Assembly: GCA_963700155.1 (NCBI GenBank)
Contig: OY969472.1
Coordinates: 66,058 to 130,057 of the forward strand
Direction: 5' to 3'
Origin: an uncultured bacterium
GTDB taxonomy: Bacteria; Patescibacteriota; Dojkabacteria; J137
DNA: 64,000 nucleotides
Shown here: piece after piece, positions 10,652-18,685 of the stretch
Layout of the letters: every line of letters starts with the position of its first letter
Position numbering within the stretch: the first letter of the stretch is position 1
Program-made: the position numbers and the translations under genes
Notes under the pieces: generated by a model
Seen by the model: only the letters and a program-made list of their open reading frames with translations
Databases searched by the model: none
Told to the model about the DNA's origin: nothing

Positions 10652-11296
10652 CTATTGTTCAAAAACATCATACTTGAAAACTTTAACTTTCAATGATTTA
10701 AATAAATAAAAAACAGCTAATGCAGTCAGTAAATGCCATATAGTATGACCATTTATTATTAAAATATTCTGGCTGCAATAAATTTTTGTGTAGTCTCCTA
10801 TCCAAAATAAGAATCCTAAAAAAAATAAAGCTATTCCAATTTTCAGGAATTTTATATCCACTATTTCTTGTTTTTTGAGAATTAAATACATCAATCCTAC
10901 AAATGATATCAATGCGAAAAATAAAATTAGCAGAAGTGAAGTATTCAGCATTATTGATGTTATTAGGAGTATGAAATAACTAACATAAACTACAATTTTA
11001 TTTTTCGCCTTTAAATTCAATATAAATTCCAAAATTATAAAGGTCGACAATAGTACCATAGAAGATAAATCCAATATTAGACCAAACTCAGTTTTAAAAG
11101 TATGAAGTATAATACTTGTAATTCCTAAATAACTAGTAAGAACCCCAAAAAGTACAAATTTCCATGACGCTTTTTTCTTTGAGTTTAAAAGTATTATATA
11201 AATTCCAATAAGAATATAAGGAATGCAGCTAAGGGTATTGAAAGTCTCAATATTATTCGAAAAAAGCGTCTCACACCACTTTAACTCTGATAGCAT
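10652..11296 (-). CDS. polytopic membrane protein, hypothetical
   Basis: six or more hydrophobic helices; conserved His residues (HTIWHLL) but no firm family assignment. Confidence 0.35.
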   Translation of the reverse strand: MLSELKWCETLFSNNIETFNTLSCIPYILIGIYIILLNSKKKASWKFVLFGVLTSYLGITSIILHTFKTEFGLILDLSSMVLLSTFIILEFILNLKAKNKIVVYVSYFILLITSIMLNTSLLLILFFALISFVGLMYLILKKQEIVDIKFLKIGIALFFLGFLFWIGDYTKIYCSQNILIINGHTIWHLLTALAVFYLFKSLKVKVFKYDVFEQ

Positions 11297-11368
11297 AGCT
11301 TTATATCTAAATAATAATCTCTAGATTATACTAATTATTGTGATAGAATAAAGTGCACTTAAACTATT

Positions 11369-13063
11369 GTGAGAATGATACAGAAAAAAAGATTCTTAAC
11401 TAAGAAAAAACTTTTACTATTTTTTATTCTTCTTGTCGGAGGTTATATTTTGATAAGCAATAATCTTTCAGCACAGGTTGATGTACCCGACTCTCCAACA
11501 GTAAGTAGTGTTCAAGATCAATGGTGGAACGATGAATATTCTTATAGAAAAAAGATTGATGCTGGTGATTCCACAACAGCAGTATTTGAAATAAATCATG
11601 CAGAAATGGTTGTTGAAGGAAAATCAAATTCTGATGGGAATGATTTGAAAGTTGTAGCTCAAAAAGATAATGAATCATCAATTGTTAGTATTAATTTATC
11701 AAAACCAGATGTAACTAATACCAAAATTGAATTTACATTACTTAAAGATAACTCATATAAATATTATCTATATTATGGGAATAGATATCCTGAACAGACA
11801 AAAGTTTTAGGAGCTACTAAGATTTCTCTGAATACAAATTCCTCACTTGAACTTGAAGAGTCACCTATTTTTACCATAAATACTCAAAAAAAGTGGGTTC
11901 TAAAAGACTCAGATACAAAAAGTATTCTCTTAAGTTTACAAACAAAAGAAAGGATTGAAAATGCATCTGATGTTTATGCTGTAATAAACAATAATACAGA
12001 TAACAAAATTAAATCTATTTATAAAGATGGAATAATCACTGTTCCAAGCGGAGAAGTAAAGGTTGGAAGAGATAAAGTTTATATTCTCATAAAATATAAC
12101 GGAACAACATTTAGAACTAATACTACAATCTTTAATTATTCTTACCCCTTATATGTTGCATGGACAATAGACTGGGAAGGAACAATTCCTGATTATAAAT
12201 ATTTAGGCGATATGGAGAATATTTCAGAAGACTTTTCTATCCCAATGACTCAATACTTTAATCCTAGAATCTATATTAATTTAAATATTACTGATGAGCA
12301 AAGAAAGTATGTTTCAGATTGGTTAAAGAAAAGATATGTTTTAGGTGACGATATTGGGATGCACATGCATATGCAGCATGATATGGTTGAAGAAGCTGGT
12401 GTTAAAGCAAAATATGATGCACAATCTTGGGATAATGGTGTTAGTGGTTATGATACTCCAAGTACAGATTATACTCATGATGAATATCTGAAAATTTTAG
12501 ATTGGGGGAAAAATGAATTAAAGACTCAACTCTCAAGATTTTCGAATTTTGATATCCCAGACCTTCAAGGTTATCGAGCTGGAGGATGGTTTGCTAATCT
12601 TGATACCCTAAGAGCAATACAAGATGCTGGATTTATTTATGATACTTCCGGAAGATCTCCTTTACCACTTGGAGCAAATAAAATTACTCAAACCTGGAAT
12701 TTAAAAACAACAAGTCAGCCATATTATATTTCCAAAGATGATCAAAATTCAGACACTCCTCCAGTAATGGCTTTAAAAGAACTTCCTGACAATGGAATGG
12801 ATTCATATTGGTCAGCTGCTGAGGAATTAATTCAAAATTTTTATTCAAATTATAATCCTGGTGATGTTCTGACTAGTGATAAGATTGTTGTATTTCTGTC
12901 TCACCCAGACTGGTTTTATATAGATGAGCCTAAACTTACAAAATTATTTACTGAGATAAGCAAATATAAAAATGAATATGATATGGGGCCAGTAAAATTT
13001 GTGACTTTGAGAAACTACCTTGCTAAATCTGATTATATAAATAGTTTGGATAAATCAAATTAG
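11369..13063 (+). CDS. secreted protein, possibly CE4 polysaccharide-deacetylase-like
   Basis: N-terminal TM/signal; weak resemblance to CE4 motifs (TIDWEG, GMHMHMQHD, YRAGGW...IQDAGFIYD). Confidence 0.3.
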   Translation: MRMIQKKRFLTKKKLLLFFILLVGGYILISNNLSAQVDVPDSPTVSSVQDQWWNDEYSYRKKIDAGDSTTAVFEINHAEMVVEGKSNSDGNDLKVVAQKDNESSIVSINLSKPDVTNTKIEFTLLKDNSYKYYLYYGNRYPEQTKVLGATKISLNTNSSLELEESPIFTINTQKKWVLKDSDTKSILLSLQTKERIENASDVYAVINNNTDNKIKSIYKDGIITVPSGEVKVGRDKVYILIKYNGTTFRTNTTIFNYSYPLYVAWTIDWEGTIPDYKYLGDMENISEDFSIPMTQYFNPRIYINLNITDEQRKYVSDWLKKRYVLGDDIGMHMHMQHDMVEEAGVKAKYDAQSWDNGVSGYDTPSTDYTHDEYLKILDWGKNELKTQLSRFSNFDIPDLQGYRAGGWFANLDTLRAIQDAGFIYDTSGRSPLPLGANKITQTWNLKTTSQPYYISKDDQNSDTPPVMALKELPDNGMDSYWSAAEELIQNFYSNYNPGDVLTSDKIVVFLSHPDWFYIDEPKLTKLFTEISKYKNEYDMGPVKFVTLRNYLAKSDYINSLDKSN

Positions 13064-13067
13064 AAAT

Positions 13068-13403
13068 TTATTTTGATTCTTCCCATAATAATTTTTGAAC
13101 ATCTGTCCAAAGATAGGTATAGTCAATTATATGTTCATACAAAGTTCCGACTCCTGTTCTAATATCTGACATAAATCTAAAACAATTATTAAAATCTAAA
13201 TCACTGATTAGATTTTCTAAACTTAGAGCTTTTTTTAAATTTGATAAATCAGTAAGCAAAAGTCCTAAACCTTCATTACCTAAATATATTTTAGACTCGT
13301 TTTTAGATCCTTCACTTAATCTCCACAAAGAATCTTGCAAAAGTACTTCGAAATTATCTAAAGATTCATCGAGATTAGCAGGAACAGCATTTAAATTATT
13401 CAT
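13068..13403 (-). CDS. hypothetical protein
   Basis: 111-aa ORF with host-like composition; no motif. Confidence 0.3.
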   Translation of the reverse strand: MNNLNAVPANLDESLDNFEVLLQDSLWRLSEGSKNESKIYLGNEGLGLLLTDLSNLKKALSLENLISDLDFNNCFRFMSDIRTGVGTLYEHIIDYTYLWTDVQKLLWEESK

Positions 13404-13478
13404 AAAGATTTATTAAAATTTATATATTGAATATTAACACAGTTGTTTGAGTTTCAATAAATTCCAGATTTAATACTA

Positions 13479-14927
13479 CTAATCAAACCTTGGGAAAAGA
13501 ATTATAGTTTCTTGTTCATCCAAAGCATTTTTTGCCTTCACAGAACTATCAGGAATTATTGGAGAATATAACTCTATCACTTTATCTAAGAGATATCCTA
13601 AACTATAAAGAGTTGTTACAATTTTGTTTTCATCTTTTTCAAGCCAAGGTTTGTTTTCATCAATATATTTATTTCCATACGAACATAAATCATTCACAAC
13701 TTGTATAGCTTCAAATATCTGATAATTTTCAAAATACTCTTCAAATCTTTTAACTTCTTTATCTACTATTATTTTTAGTTCATCATCAACTGACTCTAAA
13801 TCAGTTAATTTTATTGTTTTCCTATTTGCTAGATGAATTACCCTATTCAAAAGATTTCCAAAATTATTTCCTAAATCTGAATTATATTTAGTTTCTAATC
13901 TTTCAAAATTAAAATCACCATCATTTCCTAATTGAAATTCTGAAAGTAATGCATATCTGACTGCATCAACAGTATATTTTTGTGATAATTCAACAGGATC
14001 AATTGCATTATTATTACTCTTCCCTATTTTCTGTCCATTTACTGTAAAGAATCCTTGAACGATTACATTTTGCGGTAGCTCATACCCTGCAGACTTTAGC
14101 ATTGCTGGCCATAAAATAGCATGGAATTTAATTATATCTTTACCAACTAAATGATGCGCTGCCGGCCAGAACTTTTTATAGTAATCTTTTGCTTTAAATT
14201 CTGGAAACTGAAGCACCGACAAATAATTCGGCAGCGCATCATACCAGACATAAATAGTTTGTGATTCATCAAACGGAACTTTCACACCCCAAGAAACATT
14301 TGCTCTTGTAACAGGAATATCTTTTAAGCCTGCTTTGATTAAACCATGAACATAAGAAGACCATTTCTCAGGTTTAACAAATTCGGGATTTTCTTCATAA
14401 TACTTTAAAAGCCAATCCTGATACTTAGAAAGTTTAAAATAATAATTTTTTTCTTTTGTATATACTGGTGTTTTTGTAGGATGGTTAGGACATTTTCCAT
14501 CAATCAAATCATCTTCATTATAATAGGCTTCACAACTTTCACAATACCATCCTTCATATTCACCTTCATAAATATCACCGTTATCATAAGATTTTTGGAT
14601 TAATTCTTGAGCAAATTTTTCATGTTCAGGATCAGTTGTTCTTACAAAATAGTCGTTTGAGATTTTTAATTCTTCCCAAATTTTTTGAAATTCAGCTGCA
14701 TAATAATCAACATATTCTTTTGGTGACTGGTTGTTTTCTTTTGCTTTTTTTGCAATATTTCCACCATGTTCGTCTAAACCGGTTAAAAAGAAAACATTTT
14801 CATTTCCTAATTTGTTTCGATAGTATCTTGCAATTGAGTCTGCAATAAAGACGTCATAAGCTGTTCCTATGTGAGGAAGTCCTGTTGGATAAAATATCGG
14901 TGTTGTAATGTAAAAGTTATCGTTCAT
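13479..14927 (-). CDS. metG: methionyl-tRNA synthetase (minimal form without C-terminal tRNA-binding domain)
   Basis: PHIGTAYDVFIADSIARYYR (HIGH region), zinc knuckle CESCEAY...CPNH, KIGKS (KMSKS variant). Confidence 0.9.
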   Translation of the reverse strand: MNDNFYITTPIFYPTGLPHIGTAYDVFIADSIARYYRNKLGNENVFFLTGLDEHGGNIAKKAKENNQSPKEYVDYYAAEFQKIWEELKISNDYFVRTTDPEHEKFAQELIQKSYDNGDIYEGEYEGWYCESCEAYYNEDDLIDGKCPNHPTKTPVYTKEKNYYFKLSKYQDWLLKYYEENPEFVKPEKWSSYVHGLIKAGLKDIPVTRANVSWGVKVPFDESQTIYVWYDALPNYLSVLQFPEFKAKDYYKKFWPAAHHLVGKDIIKFHAILWPAMLKSAGYELPQNVIVQGFFTVNGQKIGKSNNNAIDPVELSQKYTVDAVRYALLSEFQLGNDGDFNFERLETKYNSDLGNNFGNLLNRVIHLANRKTIKLTDLESVDDELKIIVDKEVKRFEEYFENYQIFEAIQVVNDLCSYGNKYIDENKPWLEKDENKIVTTLYSLGYLLDKVIELYSPIIPDSSVKAKNALDEQETIILFPRFD

Positions 14928-14970
14928 TTTTAAAGTAAGTAAAATTTAATATTAAAATAATCTTATAAAT

Positions 14971-15396
14971 TCATAATTCTTTGTCCGAGGTAATTCTAGT
15001 AATAATTGATAGACCTTTATCTGGATCTTCTTGATATATTTTAAATGTAGCACCATTCCATCTAAAATAAAAATCGTTACTTTTATTTGAAGCTATCCTT
15101 CTTACCAAATATAACCATTCATTATAACTATAAATTGATAAATCTACTTCTGCATTACTTGCATTAGATAATTGGATATTACATATCTCAAGCGGCATTT
15201 GAACTGATCCGGTACCTCTAATCCGATAAGAACATCGATATACTTTATCAAATAAAATATAAAAAGGTGGATTATATTTATTAATATCACTATTAGAAAT
15301 GTTCTGCTGTTCTAATGCAGAGATATATTCATTAATAATTCTTATTGTTGATTCTATATCTACCTCAAAGTTACTCCAATTGTTAATGTTTTTCAT
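14971..15396 (-). CDS. hypothetical protein
   Basis: the ORF-track N-terminus translates the terminator T-run from a TTG start; a start at the internal Met (MKNINNW) is more plausible. Confidence 0.3.
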   Translation of the reverse strand: MKNINNWSNFEVDIESTIRIINEYISALEQQNISNSDINKYNPPFYILFDKVYRCSYRIRGTGSVQMPLEICNIQLSNASNAEVDLSIYSYNEWLYLVRRIASNKSNDFYFRWNGATFKIYQEDPDKGLSIITRITSDKEL

Positions 15397-15451
15397 ATTT
15401 TTATTATATGATTTACTAAAAAGTTTTGAATAATAAAAGTAAAAGTGAATA

Positions 15452-15479
15452 TAAAAAAATCCCAATTTCTTGGGATTTA
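15452..15479 (-). terminator. rho-independent terminator on the minus strand between the island and the host gene
   Basis: AAATCCCAA-TTTC-TTGGGATTT stem followed by T7 on the minus strand. Confidence 0.45.
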
Positions 15480-15634
15480 AGATTCATATAGGTATGAATA
15501 TAAATCCCTTAGTTGGGAACAGACATCATAATAAAGAATTTTTGTGATTTAGTAATATTCATATTAAGAATTTTATCAGATGAAATTGTTATAGACAAAT
15601 TTTATTAGCTATTTTAAAGATTCAATAGCGAAAA

Positions 15635-15652
15635 GGGGGATTTTCATCCCCC
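15635..15652 (-). terminator. GC hairpin GGGGGA-TTTTCA-TCCCCC after the stop of the truncated paralog, marking the left edge of the island
   Basis: 6-bp GC stem, then UUUUCG on the minus strand. Confidence 0.4.
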
Positions 15653-15661
15653 TTTTCTAAA

Positions 15662-15871
15662 CTATCCTTTCTGAAGAGTTTCCTCTTCACTAATGATTTC
15701 AACAGGCCCATCTGCTGATTCGAGGAACCTCTTAGGTTTCTCAGGTAGATGATTTTTCCTCTTCAACTCGGATTCGTCTTCAGCAAGATTGTCCCAAAAA
15801 GTACTTACCTTTAGTTTTACCCATTCAACCAGAAGTTGATAGAGCAAATTAGGGACTATAATGCAGACCAC
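15662..15871 (-). pseudogene. truncated copy of the island membrane-protein family (C-terminal 69 aa only)
   Basis: aligns with the C-terminal tails of 16097-16621 and 17853-18329 (EKPKRFLESADGPVEII versus EETPKNDLVWHEESLEII); the upstream reading frame runs about 20 further codons, then stops where the sequence becomes AT-rich. Confidence 0.45.
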
Positions 15872-15948
15872 TGTTATAAGCAGCGGAAGTTCAGGGAAAA
15901 CCTTACCTACCGCATAAATAATGAGATTAAATTACTGTTAAGAGCATA

Positions 15949-15974
15949 AAGAATGGTTTAGTTTTAAAAGAACT
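15949..15974 (-). promoter_or_regulatory. island promoter-like box, copy a (plus strand AGAATGGTTTAGTTTTAAAAGAAC)
   Basis: one of seven copies of TTTTAAAGAAC, each 40-200 nt upstream of a minus-strand unit. Confidence 0.4.
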
Positions 15975-16010
15975 TTAGTACTAAATAATTTTTTACATTA
16001 GCACTTAACT

Positions 16011-16073
16011 TTTACCGTTTCGTCTTACCAATTACTTGGAAGACTCTTCAGTCCAGCTTCGCTGGAGACGGTC
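16011..16073 (-). ncRNA. hammerhead ribozyme, type III topology (HHR1)
   Basis: on the minus strand: GACCG-GUC | UCCAGC-GAA-GCUGGA | CUGAAGA | GUCUUCC-AAGUAAUU-GGUAAGAC | GAAA | CGGU; all core positions present. Confidence 0.7.
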
Positions 16074-16074
16074 A

Positions 16075-16091
16075 GGGGGATTTTATCCCCC
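16075..16091 (-). other. GC hairpin GGGGGA-TTTTA-TCCCCC between the stop codon of the 174-aa gene and HHR1
   Basis: 6-bp stem; no U-run; abuts the 5' arm of hammerhead stem III. Confidence 0.4.
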
Positions 16092-16096
16092 TTTCC

Positions 16097-16621
16097 CTAA
16101 ACCATACCTTTCTCCAATCTTTCGTCGATTGTGGCGTCAACCACGAGGAGACTCTCTCCATTCCAATGGAGATCTTCGTTCTTCGGCTTCTCTTCGTTCT
16201 TATCCTTCTCAGGTTCCATTGGGACAAGATATTTCCCAACCCAATGGTAGCGTACTGGTTGATTCTCGTTTTTCTTTTTTTCCTCGTTTCCAGAATTCTC
16301 CCACTTCAATACCCAGGTTAAGATAAGCCGTGGTCCATCAATTACCAAGTTATAGCACAGCAATACCATCACCATTGGTAATAAATCAAACATCCAATGA
16401 TTAAGGTATAGGTCGAGTAGGTGTATTACGAACACCATCATAGGGATACCTATCTTGAGCCATCCCCACACATCTTCTCTTGTTTCATTTTTAAACCAGA
16501 AATCGGTGAAAAAATCGCCAAATAGAACGCCAAAAACGATAAAAAAAAGGACAGCCAGTATCACGTAGATTACTTTCCCGACGACTACAACAACGACTTT
16601 GGCAATACGTTTTACAGACAC
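16097..16621 (-). CDS. island membrane protein family member (174 aa), 2-3 TM helices plus K/E-rich C-terminal tail
   Basis: GTG start 7 nt after AGGAGGG; GC-rich codon use; paralog of 17853-18329. Confidence 0.5.
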   Translation of the reverse strand: MSVKRIAKVVVVVVGKVIYVILAVLFFIVFGVLFGDFFTDFWFKNETREDVWGWLKIGIPMMVFVIHLLDLYLNHWMFDLLPMVMVLLCYNLVIDGPRLILTWVLKWENSGNEEKKKNENQPVRYHWVGKYLVPMEPEKDKNEEKPKNEDLHWNGESLLVVDATIDERLEKGMV

Positions 16622-16661
16622 TTTGATTCCCTCCTTTGCGGGTTGAATATCTTGAGAAATT

Positions 16662-16686
16662 AGAATGGTTTAGATTTTAAAAGAAC
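16662..16686 (-). promoter_or_regulatory. island promoter-like box, copy b (AGAATGGTTTAGATTTTAAAAGAAC)
   Basis: near-identical to copies a and d; 41 nt upstream of the 16621 start. Confidence 0.4.
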
Positions 16687-16942
16687 AATAAGTATTAAAT
16701 AAAAAATTTTACATTAATACTAATTCTTATTTTATTATATCATAAAAAATATATAATGTATATATCGTGTATTAATTAGAGTTTATCAAATGTTTTAGGA
16801 GAAACAAATATCTGCCCTCAAACAACATCCCGATAAAATCAAGATCCCTACCGTGTTTAAGGGCATATATTTACCTACGAATTATACCATTCAGAGTGTA
16901 TTTTAATATTTTTGGACTGTAGGGAAGTCCAATATTATTTTA

Positions 16943-17003
16943 CAAACCTTTCGTCTTACCAAATATGGAAGACTCATCAGTCCCGATTATCGGGAGAGGT
17001 TTT
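16943..17003 (-). ncRNA. hammerhead ribozyme, type III topology (HHR2)
   Basis: on the minus strand: AAACC-CUC | UCCCG-AUAA-UCGGGA | CUGAUGA | GUCUUCC-AUAUUU-GGUAAGAC | GAAA | GGUUU. Confidence 0.7.
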
Positions 17004-17009
17004 GGCGGG

Positions 17010-17387
17010 ATTCATATAGACTTTAACTAAAGTATCCCGCCAATTTACGCCACAGAGTGAATCATTTTGATATCTCCTCTAGAATCGAACATCTGGGCAA
17101 AAGCCCTTTGATCATTCACTTTAGCTAGTGAGACTAAAGTACTCAATAACTCCTTCGATGTTCCATCTTAGGTAGTTGATCAGGTCAAGTTACTGACCCT
17201 ATTGAGTTTGCACTAATATTTTTAGTACTATCGCATCGGCCCCAGAGAATTAGCTAACTCCGTACCGACTTTGCGCACAGGCAGTTTGTGATTTAACACA
17301 GCAGAGGGCTACTAACCACGATTTGAGTAACTAACCCAAACCAACATCTGCACTTATACCCTGTGAATTTTGTAATTCCCTCGAGAA
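17010..17387 (-). ncRNA. ORF-free structured segment between the 90-aa gene and HHR2 (3' UTR or independent ncRNA)
   Basis: GC-rich, no ORF of 60 aa or more; several hairpins (GGGC-AAAA-GCCC, GGTCA-AGTTAC-TGACC, ACTTTAG...CTAAAGT). Confidence 0.3.
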
Positions 17388-17660
17388 TTATTTCAAAGTT
17401 AACTCCTTGTATCTACGGATTCCCTGCACAACGCCTCTATAGAAGCAATCTCCAGCGGGATACCACTGGAGTGAGTCCTGTTCACGCATCTCAATCTTGA
17501 GATACGTTTCGAGTCCCCCATGGTCCTCCACGATGACCAGGAATACTACATGACCCCGTGGGTCTTCAACCAGAAACTCGCAGTATTGACCTGCGAGGTC
17601 AAGGTCGAGCTTTTGAAGCTCGACTGCCGCCGCAATTTCGAACCTTGAGTATTTATTCAT
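17388..17660 (-). CDS. island soluble protein, 90 aa, unknown function
   Basis: ATG 5 nt after GGAGGAG; GC-rich; no motif recognised. Confidence 0.45.
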   Translation of the reverse strand: MNKYSRFEIAAAVELQKLDLDLAGQYCEFLVEDPRGHVVFLVIVEDHGGLETYLKIEMREQDSLQWYPAGDCFYRGVVQGIRRYKELTLK

Positions 17661-17681
17661 CTTCTCCTCCACAGAGAACTA

Positions 17682-17697
17682 CATGCCAAATGGCATG
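17682..17697 (-). promoter_or_regulatory. palindrome CATGCC-AAAT-GGCATG in the 5' leader of the 90-aa gene
   Basis: 6-7 bp inverted repeat about 25 nt upstream of the start; same element upstream of two other island genes. Confidence 0.45.
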
Positions 17698-17750
17698 AGC
17701 TTATAGACATACATCTACAAACTGCTGCCATCTAACAATTCGATAGTATA

Positions 17751-17763
17751 AATTTTTAAAGAC
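17751..17763 (-). promoter_or_regulatory. island promoter-like box, copy c (AATTTTTAAAGAC)
   Basis: immediately downstream (minus sense) of HHR3; 91 nt upstream of the 17660 start. Confidence 0.35.
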
Positions 17764-17821
17764 CCAGTTTCGTCTTACCAAAATTTGGAAGACTCATCAG
17801 TCAGGCTAAGCCTGAGACTGT
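17763..17821 (-). ncRNA. hammerhead ribozyme, type III topology (HHR3)
   Basis: on the minus strand: CACAG-GUC | UCAGGC-UUA-GCCUGA | CUGAUGA | GUCUUCC-AAAUUUU-GGUAAGAC | GAAA | CUGGG. Confidence 0.7.
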
Positions 17822-17842
17822 GGAGAGGAATTTCACCTCTCC
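17822..17842 (-). other. GC hairpin GGAGAGG-AATTTCA-CCTCTCC between the stop codon of the 158-aa gene and HHR3
   Basis: 7-bp stem abutting the 5' arm of hammerhead stem III. Confidence 0.4.
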
Positions 17843-17852
17843 GATTTTGACT

Positions 17853-18329
17853 TTATTTCTTTTTTCTAAACCATCCTTTCTGAGGATCTTCGTCCTCCTC
17901 TATGATCTCAAGCGACTCTTCGTGCCACACAAGATCATTTTTGGGGGTTTCTTCGTTTTTCTTTTTCTTCTCTTTCTCCTCTTTATCCTCTGGAATCTTC
18001 TCCCAGAATCTAAAAAGAAGAATCCTGACTCCATCAACCAGGAGTTGACCTACCATGTAGGTCGCTAACATGATTATTAAAGCTTGGATTACGACTTGCA
18101 CTAAGTCATAATTCATGGGATTAATTGAATTCGTGAACATTATTATTGCTATTGCCCCGATAATAAGGGGTAATACCAATTTGAAAAAAAAGATTGAGGA
18201 GGTATTGCCGTGTAGCATCCACCAGTCCCAATCACCAAAGAATAAAACAGAAAATACCCTCCCCAAATTCTTCTTGGAAAGTCTGATATAGTTGTAAAAT
18301 TTTCGTAGATCCCGACGAGTGATCATCAT
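17853..18329 (-). CDS. island membrane protein family member (158 aa), 3 TM helices plus K/E-rich C-terminal tail (holin-like topology)
   Basis: paralog of 16097-16621 (shared LFGD...W, LLVDGVRIL, EETPKNDLVWHEESL motifs); SD AGGGAG. Confidence 0.5.
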   Translation of the reverse strand: MMITRRDLRKFYNYIRLSKKNLGRVFSVLFFGDWDWWMLHGNTSSIFFFKLVLPLIIGAIAIIMFTNSINPMNYDLVQVVIQALIIMLATYMVGQLLVDGVRILLFRFWEKIPEDKEEKEKKKKNEETPKNDLVWHEESLEIIEEDEDPQKGWFRKKK

Positions 18330-18413
18330 TTACTCCCTAGTAGAAAAATTGAACGAATTGTCATAATCGACATTCTAAGAACTTTGAGTACTCAAAATGC
18401 CGACTATGACTTA

Positions 18414-18437
18414 AGATGGTCTAGATTTTTAAAGAAC
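18414..18437 (-). promoter_or_regulatory. island promoter-like box, copy d (AGATGGTCTAGATTTTTAAAGAAC)
   Basis: 85 nt upstream of the 18329 start. Confidence 0.4.
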
Positions 18438-18472
18438 TTTATATTAATCCCAATGTAAAAGCATAAAAGGTT

Positions 18473-18496
18473 TCTCCCCTGATTTCTCAGGGGAGA
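18473..18496 (-). terminator. perfect hairpin TCTCCCCTGA-TTTC-TCAGGGGAGA downstream of the 337-aa gene
   Basis: 10-bp stem; U-rich tract follows on the minus strand. Confidence 0.4.
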
Positions 18497-18685
18497 GATA
18501 ACGAAATTTCAGACTTTAGTCTATCTCCAATTGGAGATTGTACCTGCACAAGGCAGGATTTTTCTGATCTATTCTTTTCTCAGGTTTATAACGGGTCTGC
18601 TAACCGTACAGTTCAGCCTGGTAAGGTTAGACTAAAACTGTCCCTAAGCTTTATTCAAGTTTAGGTTTGAGATATGAAATTTCAC

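Noticed and set aside
16036-16326. 96-aa plus-strand ORF antisense to the 174-aa membrane gene
   Set aside because: It is Arg/Pro/Ser-rich antisense translation of a GC-rich gene with no SD, so it is spurious.
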